Source: Candidatus Woesearchaeota archaeon (lineage in GTDB: Archaea > Nanobdellota > Nanobdellia > Woesearchaeales > GW2011-AR4). From it: a stretch of DNA of 64,000 bases. Shown here in pieces: positions 8,213 to 16,927 of the stretch. Both the position numbers and the translations under genes were made by a program. How positions within the stretch are numbered: position 1 is the first letter of the stretch; every line of letters starts with the position of its first letter. Under the pieces are notes generated by a model. It made no database searches. It had not been told where the DNA came from and saw only the letters and a program-made list of their open reading frames with translations. The stretch covers positions 76 to 64,075 of the forward strand of contig JACPDF010000030.1 of the NCBI GenBank assembly GCA_016184145.1, given 5' to 3'.

Positions 8213-9904
8213 TTACTTATGAGTATACCAAAATATTAGCTTATTCTTCCCTTTTTTATCCAGCCTGCAAAATCCAAATCTTGCAAATTGCATGACATCA
8301 TTTTCCTTTAATTTACTTGCTAAAGGCTCCGCAATGCCTTTAACGAGCTTTTTATCGGGCATCAAAACCTCGGCCTTTGCCAAATCTTTTTGCTTTGGGA
8401 GCCAGTGCATTATAAGCCCTGGATTTTTCTTAAAGCTTGAATGCTCCAATGAGTCAAAAACAAGTTTAACTCCTTTTTTCCTGAAATTCAGGCAATCCAT
8501 CAGCCTGTTGATTTTATTTTCTTTGAATTTATTGTAATCCTCTTTTTCTATATAAAACGAATCTTTTGTCTTAAATTCCCTAAAGCCCCTTTCTTGGTGC
8601 TCAGGATGCAGCTTTAATTTGACAGTCTGCTCCGGGGCATTTTCTATCTTAATCTCCTTGGCGTCATGGATGAAGAAATACCTGTTTGACTGCGCATCAA
8701 GGATTCTTTTGTTCTGCACAATGAGGTCGTCCCATGCCAGCGTTGATTCTGTTTTTGTTATTCCTGTCGATAAAACAAAGTTCCTTATTGCTTCCGGCAC
8801 AAAGCCTCTCCTGCGCAGAGCAACAATTGTTGTTAATGAGGGGTCGTCCCATCCAATCAATTTTTTTTTCTTTATCAGATCCCTGATAACCCTTCCTGAG
8901 CTTTCAACGCCTTCAAGATTAAATCTTGCAAATTCATATATTTTTGTATTCGGAAAGCCCAAAGTCGTCTGGATGAAATTCTGCAGCTCATTCCTAAGCT
9001 CAAATTCCTTTGTCCTCAGCCTGTGTGTGACTCCCTGCAGTCCGTCTAAGACAGCATTTTCAAAATCATAGGTGGGCCATACGCGGTATTTGCTGCCAGT
9101 CCTGGGATGAGCATGCTTAATGATTCTTAGCAAAGCTGGATCTCTCATTGTCGTGTTTTCATGCTGCATGTAGCCTTTAAGCCTTAGCACCATGCTCCCT
9201 TCCGCCGCCTTAAACAGCTCTTCATACCTCCTTAGATGCTCATCTTCCAGCAAATACCTGCATGTGCATTCCTTGCCCTCCAGCCTGTCTTTCCTTATTT
9301 TTTCCTGGGGGCAGGTGCACACATATGCAAAGCCGTTTTTTACCATCTTCCCTGCAAGATCATAGAAATCCTGCATGTAGTCAGAAGCGTAAACAATCTC
9401 ATCTGCTTTTATGCCGAGCCATTTGTAATTGTCAAGCTGTATCTTGTAGAATTCTTTCTCTGCCAATCTTGGGTTTGTGTCCTCAAACCTTAAGATAAAT
9501 TTTCCATTGTATTTTTTAGCCAATTCGTAGTTTAAAAAAAGGGCTTTTGCATGGCCTATATGGGGATATTTGCTTGGCTCGGGAGGAAATGCGGTAACAA
9601 CTTTTTCATTCTCTTTTATATCAAATATGGAAAAGATATCCTTCTTTTCTTGCGCAGTTTCTTTTAGCTCACCGGAAAATTTTTCAAGCTCTTCCTTTTG
9701 CCTTTCCAGGTTTAGGGAATTGACCTCAGCAACTGTTTTTTTTATTTCCTGGCTTAATTTTTTCGTATCTTTTTTCAGCTCGGGATTTTCCGCCAGGACT
9801 TTCCCTATCACTGCCCCGATATTTGCTTTTCCCTTGTATTTGACCGCATTCTGCAATGCATACTTGAATATGATTTCCCTCATAAGCAAATATGAATGGA
9901 GCAA
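8213..9904 (-). CDS. gltX: glutamyl-tRNA synthetase (archaeal type)
   Basis: Class I signature PPEPSKYPHIGHAKALFLNYELAKKYNGKFILRFEDTNP. Length is typical for archaeal GluRS. Confidence 0.9.
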   Translation of the reverse strand: MLHSYLLMREIIFKYALQNAVKYKGKANIGAVIGKVLAENPELKKDTKKLSQEIKKTVAEVNSLNLERQKEELEKFSGELKETAQEKKDIFSIFDIKENEKVVTAFPPEPSKYPHIGHAKALFLNYELAKKYNGKFILRFEDTNPRLAEKEFYKIQLDNYKWLGIKADEIVYASDYMQDFYDLAGKMVKNGFAYVCTCPQEKIRKDRLEGKECTCRYLLEDEHLRRYEELFKAAEGSMVLRLKGYMQHENTTMRDPALLRIIKHAHPRTGSKYRVWPTYDFENAVLDGLQGVTHRLRTKEFELRNELQNFIQTTLGFPNTKIYEFARFNLEGVESSGRVIRDLIKKKKLIGWDDPSLTTIVALRRRGFVPEAIRNFVLSTGITKTESTLAWDDLIVQNKRILDAQSNRYFFIHDAKEIKIENAPEQTVKLKLHPEHQERGFREFKTKDSFYIEKEDYNKFKENKINRLMDCLNFRKKGVKLVFDSLEHSSFKKNPGLIMHWLPKQKDLAKAEVLMPDKKLVKGIAEPLASKLKENDVMQFARFGFCRLDKKGKNKLIFWYTHK

Positions 9905-9957
9905 TTATTTAAATATATACCCCTAAATTTAAATATTATCGCTATTCTCCCTTTTAT

Positions 9958-12648
9958 ATGAATGGGGGCAATATAGTAAAAAACAATATTCTCGGCTTTA
10001 TTATTCTTATTGTGGCAGCATTGTTCATTGCTGCGGGATTATATGCCGATTGGCTGTGGTTTGACTCATTAAGCTATCTTTCTGTCTTCAAGACAGTCCT
10101 TTTTTCGAAGATAATCATGGGCATTACAGCGTTTTTGGCGTTTTTTTCTTTCCTGTGGCTGAATTTTATCATATTAAAAAGAAGGATAAAAGTAAGCAAT
10201 CAGAGAATATATTTTTCAGTTATGGCTGCCGTTTCGGTGATTGCGGGCATTGTATCAAGCTCATACTGGTTTACTGCCCTCAGGTTCCTTGACTTTACAG
10301 GCTTTGGCTTTGTTGATCCTGTTTTCAGGAATGACATTGGCTTCTATATATTTGTCCTGCCTTTCTATAACTTTGTTCTAATGCTCTTGTTTTTCATGCT
10401 GATAGCGGCTATAATAATGGCAGCTGTCTCGTATGCATTTTCATCAAAGCCAAAAAAGATGGGCAGGGAGGAAGTGCCTGGCCAGAATATGCCCTTTGGC
10501 TTCGAGCCGGGATTCCCGAAAATAAAGATGGAGTTTCCGAAGAAAGGAAAAGCGCATCTTGCTTACTTATCAGGAATATTGCTGCTTGTAGCTGCAGCAT
10601 TCTTTTACCTGAAAAGATACTCTGTTTTAGCCTCTGCAAGGGGAGCTGTTTACGGGGCAGGATACACAGATATTCACATTATAATTCCATTGTATTTTAT
10701 CCTTGCAATAATCTCGTTGGCCACAGCGCTTATTGCTTTTTCTTACAGCTATATGCAAAACGCAAAGCTTGTCATTATTGGCATGGTTGTTTTGCTGGTT
10801 GCATTGCTCGGAGGAAATTTTGTTGCGGGAATAGTCCAGTTGCTGTATGTCGAGCCGAATGAATTTAACCTTGAGGAGCCTTATATCAAGCAGAACATAA
10901 AGCATACATTGTTTGCTTACGGCCTTACTGAGGTCAATGCAAGGGACTTTCCGGTTGCATACAACCTCACGCTTGATGATATAAGAAATAATCCTACTAC
11001 AATAAATAGCGTAAGGCTGTGGGACTGGAGGCCTTTGCTGACGACAAGCAAGCAGATACAGCTCTTTAGGACGTATTATGATTTTGTTGATGTTGATGTC
11101 GACCGCTACATAATCGATGGAGAGCTCAGGCAGCTTATGCTGTCTCCCCGCGAGCTAGACCAGAAGCAGCTGGACAGGAAAGCCCAGACATGGGTAAACC
11201 AGAAATTTGTCTATACTCATGGCTATGGCATCGTCGCTTCGCCTGTAAATGTTGTGACGCAGGAGGGGCTTCCGGAGCTTTTTGTGAAGGACATACCGCC
11301 AAAGACTGCTTATGAGGAGCTTGAGGTTTCACAGCCAAGAATTTATTTTGGGGAAAAGACAGACGGCTTTGTTGTGGTTAATACAAAGGCAAAAGAGTTT
11401 GACTATCCATTAGGCAATGAGAATGTTTTTGCAACCTATGAAGGCAGGGATGGCGTGCAGCTGTCAAATATGCTGAGAAAAACCGTTTTTTCCATCAAGC
11501 TTGCCTCTTTGAACCTGCTTGTTTCAAGCGCTGTTACTGACGAGAGCAAGGTTTTGCTTAGGAGGAATATTATTGACAGAATTAAAACTATAGCGCCTTT
11601 TTTGGAATATGACACTGATCCTTATATCGTGATTAATGACGGCAGGCTTTTTTGGATTATTGACGCTTACACCACAACAAATAAGTTTCCTTACAGCGAA
11701 TCTGTTTTTGGGCTTAACTATGTGAGGAATGCAGTCAAGGTTGTTGTGGACGTATATAACGGTGATGTTAATTTTTATATTATTGATAAGGAAGACCCTC
11801 TTATAAAAAATTATGCCAAAATCTTCCCTAGCTTGTTTAAGGATTTCAAGGAAATGCCTTTAGGACTAAAGGAGCATATAAGGTATCCTGAGGACTTGTT
11901 TAAGGTGCAAACAAGGATTTACGGAACTTACCACATGAAGGATCCGCAGGTTTTCTATAACAAAGAGGATGTGTGGAGGACTCCAATGGAGGTATTTGAA
12001 AGCAACCAGATAGAATTAAGCCCTTATTATATAATAATGAAGCTTCCCGATGCGGATAAAGAAGGGTTTTTCCTGATAATACCCCTGATACCCAGAGGCA
12101 AGGAAAACATGATTGCATGGTTTACCGCCAATTCAGACCCTGAAAACTACGGCAAATTAGAGGTTTTTGAGCTGAGCAAGCAGGAGCTTACTTTTGGTCC
12201 CATGCAAATTGAAGCAAGGATAAACCAGGATACTGAGATATCCCAGCTGTTTACGCTGTGGAACCAGCAGGGCTCAGAGGTAATAAGGGGCAACTTGATT
12301 GTAATACCTATAGAAAAAAGCTTCCTTTACATTGAGCCCGTATACCTTAAAGCCTCTGCAACCGGGGCATTGCCGCAATTCAAAAGGGTTATTGTAGCCT
12401 ATGACGACAAGGTTACAATGCAGGAAACTTTGGAAGACGCATTGAATGTGGTATTCAGCGGAAAAGCAATGCAAAAACAAAGTGAAAAAATCAGGCAGGA
12501 AACAGGCAAAGTTCTTGTAACCCTTGAGGAAAAATTTGCCAAAGCCTCCCAGCTTTATGAAGAAGCCCAGGCAGCCTTGCAGCAGGGAGATTTTGCAGCT
12601 TATGCAAACAAGATAGAGGAGCTTGGCAAGGTGCTTGGGAAGGATTAA
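9958..12648 (+). CDS. UPF0182 (COG1615) family large membrane protein
   Basis: 896 aa with about 7 N-terminal TM helices followed by a large soluble region. It contains ...YTHGYGIVASP.., ..DAYTTTNKFPYS.. and ..IEPVYLKA.., which I remember as typical of UPF0182. Confidence 0.8.
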   Translation: MNGGNIVKNNILGFIILIVAALFIAAGLYADWLWFDSLSYLSVFKTVLFSKIIMGITAFLAFFSFLWLNFIILKRRIKVSNQRIYFSVMAAVSVIAGIVSSSYWFTALRFLDFTGFGFVDPVFRNDIGFYIFVLPFYNFVLMLLFFMLIAAIIMAAVSYAFSSKPKKMGREEVPGQNMPFGFEPGFPKIKMEFPKKGKAHLAYLSGILLLVAAAFFYLKRYSVLASARGAVYGAGYTDIHIIIPLYFILAIISLATALIAFSYSYMQNAKLVIIGMVVLLVALLGGNFVAGIVQLLYVEPNEFNLEEPYIKQNIKHTLFAYGLTEVNARDFPVAYNLTLDDIRNNPTTINSVRLWDWRPLLTTSKQIQLFRTYYDFVDVDVDRYIIDGELRQLMLSPRELDQKQLDRKAQTWVNQKFVYTHGYGIVASPVNVVTQEGLPELFVKDIPPKTAYEELEVSQPRIYFGEKTDGFVVVNTKAKEFDYPLGNENVFATYEGRDGVQLSNMLRKTVFSIKLASLNLLVSSAVTDESKVLLRRNIIDRIKTIAPFLEYDTDPYIVINDGRLFWIIDAYTTTNKFPYSESVFGLNYVRNAVKVVVDVYNGDVNFYIIDKEDPLIKNYAKIFPSLFKDFKEMPLGLKEHIRYPEDLFKVQTRIYGTYHMKDPQVFYNKEDVWRTPMEVFESNQIELSPYYIIMKLPDADKEGFFLIIPLIPRGKENMIAWFTANSDPENYGKLEVFELSKQELTFGPMQIEARINQDTEISQLFTLWNQQGSEVIRGNLIVIPIEKSFLYIEPVYLKASATGALPQFKRVIVAYDDKVTMQETLEDALNVVFSGKAMQKQSEKIRQETGKVLVTLEEKFAKASQLYEEAQAALQQGDFAAYANKIEELGKVLGKD

Positions 12649-12726
12649 AACCAATTTTTAGCATAAACAACTTACCAACTTATTTTATCATTAACAAAAT
12701 TAAAGGATTTATTTTTGGGTGGCATT

Positions 12727-12942
12727 ATGGCTAGGAAAGCATCAACGATTCCAAAGGCGCCGGTAGGAAGGATTCTGATGAAAGCAGGGGCTAAAAGGGT
12801 TTCCCAGGATGCTGTTGATGCATTTACAGAGATCCTTACGGAAGAAACAGAGAAAATAGCAAAGAAAGCGGCAGAGATAGCAAAGCACGCAGGCAGGAAA
12901 ACCGTGCATGAAGGGGATATAAGGTTAGCGGCAAAGCAATAA
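12727..12942 (+). CDS. archaeal histone (HMf family)
   Basis: [61 protein letters not shown] is a canonical archaeal histone fold. ATG at 12727; the tracked TTG at 12715 is less likely. Confidence 0.9.
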   Translation: MARKASTIPKAPVGRILMKAGAKRVSQDAVDAFTEILTEETEKIAKKAAEIAKHAGRKTVHEGDIRLAAKQ

Positions 12943-12943
12943 T

Positions 12944-12953
12944 CTTTTTATAC
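12944..12953 (+). promoter_or_regulatory. TATA-box-like element (CTTTTTATAC) 25-34 nt upstream of tRNA-Ala
   Basis: Position and sequence resemble the other tRNA promoters in this window. Confidence 0.45.
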
Positions 12954-12977
12954 TGTTTCTAATTTCAGGTTTTATAT

Positions 12978-13079
12978 GGGCCGGTAGTTAAACCTGGTAT
13001 AATGCGCCCTTGGCTATTTATACCAAATTGGGTGAGGCTCCGGGTTCAAAGCGATTATGTGAAAGTCCCGGCCGGTCCA
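12978..13079 (+). tRNA. tRNA-Ala(GGC) with two BHB introns (13 nt at 37/38, 15 nt at 59/60)
   Basis: Acceptor GGGCCGG/CCGGTCC includes the G3:U70 Ala identity pair and A73. D arm GTTA/TAAT, anticodon stem CGCCC/GGGTG, T arm CCGGG..CCCGG. The extra segments 13016-13028 and 13051-13065 are each bracketed by a 4-bp helix (TTGG/CCAA; TTCA/TGAA) plus two 3-nt bulges. Confidence 0.8.
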
Positions 13080-13133
13080 TTTTATTAAGGTTCATCAATA
13101 AAATTTATAAACTAATAAACAATTACAGTCTTT

Positions 13134-13688
13134 ATGGCAAATATAATCTTATGGGCAATAGTTGGAATTGTAGCTTTAATTGCCTTATACATAGTCATAA
13201 CTTTTAACAGCTTAATTATGTTAAGGAACAGGGTAAATAATGCATGGAGCCAGATAGATGTGCAGCTTAAGAGAAGATATGATTTAATTCCTAACCTAGT
13301 AAATGCAGTTAAAGGCTACATGAAACACGAAAGAGGCACTTTAACAGAAATTACAAAAATGCGCTCAAAGCTTGTTTCTGGCTCAATGAGCGAAAAGTCA
13401 AAAGCAAGCGATGCAATAAGCAATGCATTAAAGACAATTTTTGCTGTTTCCGAAGATTATCCAAAATTACAGGCATCAGAAAACTTTAAGATGCTGCAGG
13501 AAGAACTTTCAGGAACAGAAAGCAAGATAGCATTTTCAAGGCAGTTTTATAACGATAATGTAATGTCTTTAAACAATAAAATACAGCAGTTTCCAAGCAG
13601 CATGATAGCAAATTGGCTTAACTTCAAGGAAAGGGAATTTTTCAAATCTCAAGAATCAGAGAGAAAACCTGTAAAAGTAGAGTTTTAA
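13134..13688 (+). CDS. lemA: LemA family protein
   Basis: N-terminal TM helix, then NSLIMLRNRVNNAWSQIDVQLKRRYDLIPNLV.., the classic LemA motif. Confidence 0.9.
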   Translation: MANIILWAIVGIVALIALYIVITFNSLIMLRNRVNNAWSQIDVQLKRRYDLIPNLVNAVKGYMKHERGTLTEITKMRSKLVSGSMSEKSKASDAISNALKTIFAVSEDYPKLQASENFKMLQEELSGTESKIAFSRQFYNDNVMSLNNKIQQFPSSMIANWLNFKEREFFKSQESERKPVKVEF

Positions 13689-13689
13689 G

Positions 13690-14586
13690 ATGAATTTGTA
13701 TGAGCACATCTCTTCTAACAAAAGAAAGTCAATATTCTTAATTGCTCTTTTTTTTATAATTATAGTTTCATTGGGCTATTTTTTTGGGTTTTATATCGGT
13801 GATATTTTTACCGGAGTTTTTGTTGCTGTTCTTATTTCTACAATAATGCTCTTAATTAGCTATTATTCCGGCGATAAATTAATATTGAAAATGAGCCATG
13901 CTATTCCTGCAGATAGGAAAAAATATCCTCATCTGGTTAATACTGTGGAAGGCTTGGCTATTGCAGCTGGAATTCAAACTCCAAAAATTTATGTCATTAA
14001 TGACGCAGCAATAAATGCATTTGCCACGGGAAGAAATCCAAAAAACGCTTCTGTAACTGTTACAACAGGAGCAATTGAAAGGCTTAAGAGAGATGAGCTG
14101 GAAGGAGTATTGGCCCATGAATTAGCGCATATAAGAAATTATGATATAAGGATGATGATGCTAGTTGTAATCCTTGTCGGCATTATAGCCTTATTAAGCG
14201 ATTTTTTCCTAAGAACATTAATTTATGGAAAAGGGCGTAGAGGTGTTAAAGCCAGCGGTATAATTGGAGTTTTGTTAATCATAATTGGTCTTGTTTTAGC
14301 ATTATTGGCACCTTTGATATCTCAACTGATTAAATTTGCGGTCAGCAGGCAAAGAGAGTTTCTTGCGGATGCAGACGGAGCCTTATTATCAAGAAATCCT
14401 CAAGGTCTGGCAAATGCACTAAAGAAAATTAGTAATGACAAAGAGCCATTGGTAGAGGCAGCAAACAAGGCAACTGCCCATTTATTCATTGAAAACCCGC
14501 TAAGGGTTTTTAAGGGCAGGATTAATACTCTTTTTTCAACGCATCCTCCAATTGACGAAAGGATTAAAAGACTGCAAAAAGATTGA
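13690..14586 (+). CDS. htpX: M48 zinc protease HtpX homologue
   Basis: HELAHIRNYD (HExxH) lies between TM segments. C-terminal ..STHPPIDERI is typical of HtpX. Confidence 0.9.
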   Translation: MNLYEHISSNKRKSIFLIALFFIIIVSLGYFFGFYIGDIFTGVFVAVLISTIMLLISYYSGDKLILKMSHAIPADRKKYPHLVNTVEGLAIAAGIQTPKIYVINDAAINAFATGRNPKNASVTVTTGAIERLKRDELEGVLAHELAHIRNYDIRMMMLVVILVGIIALLSDFFLRTLIYGKGRRGVKASGIIGVLLIIIGLVLALLAPLISQLIKFAVSRQREFLADADGALLSRNPQGLANALKKISNDKEPLVEAANKATAHLFIENPLRVFKGRINTLFSTHPPIDERIKRLQKD

Positions 14587-14661
14587 TTTATACGTTTAGA
14601 AAAAACAAAATTATTAAAAACAATCAAAAAAATTAAAAATAATTAAATTTTTTAACCTAAA

Positions 14662-15072
14662 ATGCCAGACTGTATCTTCTGCAAAATCGTGAAAGGGGAC
14701 ATTCCAGCAGCTAAAGTCTATGAAGGTAGCAAGTTTATTGCTTTCCTGGACATAAGCCCTGCCAATAAAGGCCATGTTTTGATAATTCCAAAAGAGCATT
14801 ATGAAAGGCTGGAGGAGATGCCTAATCCAGATGGGAAGGAATTTGGAGAGCTGCAGGTTAAAATTGCAAAAGCGGTAATGAAAGCAACTAATGCCGAGGG
14901 ATTTAATTTGCTGCTTAACAACGGAAAGGCGGCAGGGCAGGAAGTGATGCATGCTCATATGCACATACAGCCCAGATTTGGCACGGATGATTTCCATTAC
15001 AAATGGACTCATAAAAAATATGAAGAAGGAGAAATGAAGCAGTTTCAGGAGAAAATAAGGAAGTTTATTTAA
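14662..15072 (+). CDS. HIT-family (histidine triad) hydrolase
   Basis: N-terminus CIFCKIVKGDIP and the triad HAHMHIQP. Confidence 0.9.
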   Translation: MPDCIFCKIVKGDIPAAKVYEGSKFIAFLDISPANKGHVLIIPKEHYERLEEMPNPDGKEFGELQVKIAKAVMKATNAEGFNLLLNNGKAAGQEVMHAHMHIQPRFGTDDFHYKWTHKKYEEGEMKQFQEKIRKFI

Positions 15073-15079
15073 TAGCAAT

Positions 15080-15089
15080 CTTTTTAAAA
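15080..15089 (+). promoter_or_regulatory. TATA-box-like element (CTTTTTAAAA) 26-35 nt upstream of the tRNA
   Basis: Same spacing as at the other tRNA loci. Confidence 0.45.
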
Positions 15090-15114
15090 GCCCTACTTAT
15101 TCTTTTTGTCTTGC

Positions 15115-15252
15115 GCCGCTGTAGCTCAGCCTGGTTAGAGCGCTAGAAATTAGATTTTAGCGAAACTCATATTTTTGAGTTAGGACCGAAAGGGATGACT
15201 TACCTCAAACCGGGTTATCTAGAGGTCGTGATTTCAAATATCGCCAGCGGCA
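15115..15252 (+). tRNA. intron-containing tRNA, most likely CAU anticodon (elongator Met or Ile2); introns at 30/31 (18 nt) and 37/38 (about 45 nt)
   Basis: Acceptor GCCGCTG/CAGCGGC with A73. D arm GCTC/GAGC, anticodon stem CTAGA/TCTAG, variable loop AGGTC, T arm GTGAT-TTCAAAT-ATCGC. 63 extra nt lie inside the anticodon arm. A perfect BHB (CGCT/AGCG with bulges AGA and AAA) removes 15147-15164 and gives CTAGA-CTCATA. The 3' junction of the second intron is not fully resolved. Confidence 0.7.
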
Positions 15253-15262
15253 TTTTTATTTT

Positions 15263-15532
15263 TTATCTCAGGAATGTATTATCCCTTGATTTTTCTATTG
15301 AATCTAAGTATCCCAAATATTTCTCATCATACCTGTCAGAGGTCTTTGTTGGAGCATAATTCTGGTAACTATCATGAGAAACTTCAAAGTTTTGCATTGT
15401 TCCCGTGATTTCCTTAAAGCCGCCAAACTCCTTGTTTTGCTCTGTTTCGTTGACTAAAATTAAAGCTATTAAAACCACAAAAACAAGCGCTACAAGCAAT
15501 GCAAAAAGCATTTCCAGGGTTTTTGTTTTCAT
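15263..15532 (-). CDS. hypothetical small membrane-anchored protein (possible class III signal peptide)
   Basis: MKTKTLEMLFALLVALVFVVLIALILV has a charged N-terminus, then LE, then a hydrophobic helix. This is reminiscent of the pilin-like genes at 20.9-23.2 kb. Confidence 0.4.
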   Translation of the reverse strand: MKTKTLEMLFALLVALVFVVLIALILVNETEQNKEFGGFKEITGTMQNFEVSHDSYQNYAPTKTSDRYDEKYLGYLDSIEKSRDNTFLR

Positions 15533-15569
15533 TATACAGAAGTAATATGGCTTTATTTATAAATATTGA

Positions 15570-15655
15570 CGCCAAGGGCAGGATTTGAACCTACGTGTCC
15601 TTGCGGACACACGCTTTCGAGGCGTGCGCGTTAGACCGGACTCCGCCACCTTGGC
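15570..15655 (-). tRNA. tRNA-Ser(CGA), no intron
   Basis: Minus-strand read GCCAAGG..CCTTGGC-G. Anticodon arm CACGC-CTCGAAA-GCGTG. Long variable arm GTCC-GCAA-GGAC. T arm GTAGG-TTCAAAT-CCTGC. Confidence 0.9.
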
Positions 15656-15689
15656 ATAATAATATGCAAAGAATTCTTATTTTAAAAAC

Positions 15690-15800
15690 CTAATGGTCTG
15701 AGCAGTCTTCCATGAAGCCGCAGTTTAAACAAACAAGCTTGCAATGCCTCTCGATAAGGGTCGTTCCGCACCTCCCGCATTCGAGCTCAGAAACCTGCAT
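15690..15800 (-). CDS. small zinc-ribbon protein (36 aa), below the ORF-track cutoff
   Basis: MQVSELECGRCGTTLIERHCKLVCLNCGFMEDCSDH carries two CxxC pairs. Confidence 0.4.
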   Translation of the reverse strand: MQVSELECGRCGTTLIERHCKLVCLNCGFMEDCSDH

Positions 15801-15846
15801 AATCAAGCTAAATAAACAATGATATTTAAATTTTTATTGAATAAGA

Positions 15847-15860
15847 ATGCTCCCGCCGAG
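15847..15860 (-). repeat. 14-bp direct copy of the tRNA-Glu 3' end (ATGCTCCCGCCGAG)
   Basis: Identical to 16651-16664, which is the T-stem 3' strand plus acceptor 3' strand plus discriminator of tRNA-Glu. Same orientation, about 0.8 kb away. Confidence 0.6.
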
Positions 15861-15932
15861 CTACATACGTTTTTGTTAAAATTTAGGGAATTTAGAATTT
15901 GCCTGCATATTGTATTTTCCGGCTAATAAAAA

Positions 15933-16562
15933 TCACCAGCACCAAGTTTGAAGTTGCGGCGCTAGCCACTCCCGTGTTAGGCAGCAGTAGGGTTTAGTTA
16001 CAGTAGGGTCTGAATAATTGTCAAGCCTGTAAAAAGGAAAACCAGTAGTAAGAGGATAGTAAGTGCAATTCACAGTAAAGTACCCTTCTAGGTAGTTGTT
16101 GTTCTCATTAGATTCACGCACTTTTGAAGTCACATCAACTGTAAAAGCTATTTTATACCTTCCGTTAGGGATTTGCCCAAGAAATGCACCAATCCCGCTT
16201 CCCTCGCCAGCGTTCAGCGATGGCATTTCATACCTAACGTTCATATAGTCTGGTACACTCATTTCAGCTATATATCTACCAGCTTTTGCAGTGCCGCTAT
16301 TAAGTATCCAAGTAGACACACGCAATGAATCTGGGTCTGCATAGTTGCTATATGTACCGTAACTAAACCACATGTCTAAGTATTTAATGTCATAAAATAC
16401 TAAGTCTGGCTTGGGGTTGCTCGACCTTACTGCACCTCCGGTTAGCGAAGACAAACCATTAGAAATTATTGCTATAAATACTGCTAAAATAATCAAAACA
16501 AGCAGAATAGGATACCATTTATGAGTTTTGCTTTCTTCCGCCTCGGCCTCTTTTTTTGGCAT
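15933..16562 (-). CDS. membrane-anchored protein with CARDB-like domain
   Basis: N-terminal TM helix. PDLVFYDI... and ..VRESNENNNYLEGYFTV resemble CARDB (cell-adhesion-related) motifs. Confidence 0.5.
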   Translation of the reverse strand: MPKKEAEAEESKTHKWYPILLVLIILAVFIAIISNGLSSLTGGAVRSSNPKPDLVFYDIKYLDMWFSYGTYSNYADPDSLRVSTWILNSGTAKAGRYIAEMSVPDYMNVRYEMPSLNAGEGSGIGAFLGQIPNGRYKIAFTVDVTSKVRESNENNNYLEGYFTVNCTYYPLTTGFPFYRLDNYSDPTVTKPYCCLTREWLAPQLQTWCW

Positions 16563-16651
16563 TTTTCCGCTATTTTTTAATTTTATGAGAATTAGTGTTT
16601 ATAAACTTTCTTATTTCCAATTTGTAATTGCTTAATCAGAAGTAAAATTTG

Positions 16652-16844
16652 ATGCTCCCGCCGAGACTTTCAATGCTAAAGTCCCTTTAGCTTCTTTGAA
16701 CTCGGGTCACCGGCGCGAGAGGCCAGTATGATTGTTTGTCCATCTGGTTGCGAGCGTTTAGCGAGCACGTGGGGCTTTGCGAAGCAAATGCCGCACCTTG
16801 CGTGTCAACCGCGCGTAACCAGTTGCCGGACTACACCACAGGAG
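16652..16844 (-). tRNA. tRNA-Glu(CUC) with two BHB introns (90 nt in the D-loop, 28 nt at 59/60)
   Basis: Acceptor GCTCCTG/CGGGAGC with A73. Anticodon arm CTGGC-CTCTCGC-GCCGG, T arm CCGAG..CTCGG. The D-loop intron 16735-16824 is bracketed by GTCC/GGAC plus bulges GGC and AAA; removing it gives GTGTAGTCCGGACAATCAT, a normal Glu-type D arm. The T-loop intron 16666-16693 is bracketed by TTCA/TGAA. Confidence 0.8.
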
Positions 16845-16869
16845 CACAAGGTAAGAGAAAAATTACCGC

Positions 16870-16879
16870 TTTATAAATA
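16870..16879 (-). promoter_or_regulatory. TATA-box-like element (TTTATAAA core) 26-35 nt upstream of tRNA-Glu
   Basis: CTTTATAAATAT at 16869-16880. It lies in a divergent spacer shared with the GTPase gene. Confidence 0.45.
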
Positions 16880-16927
16880 TTTGTGGTGTCAAATTAAAAT
16901 AATAAGCAGTTTTTTAAATCTGGCGGC

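Noticed and set aside
8104-8295. Tracked ORFs across the repeat and tRNA regions (8104-8295, 13010-13207, 16728-16931, 17685-17895).
   Set aside because: They are read through tRNA exons and introns or the BHB hairpin element, and they have no protein-like features.
15172-15216. A box C/D sRNA embedded in the tRNA intron (CCGA-AAGG-GATGA resembles a D'/C' K-loop).
   Set aside because: No terminal box C (RUGAUGA) or box D (CUGA) lies at the required distances. Only the internal pair is vaguely matched.
15143-15222. Reading the tRNA at 15115 as a UUA (ochre suppressor) tRNA via stem TTAGA/TCTAG and loop TTTTAG-A.
   Set aside because: That reading leaves 7 unexplained nt (CTAGAAA) between position 26 and the stem. 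The alternative, a perfect BHB at 30/31 that exposes CTCATA, explains the sequence without leftovers.
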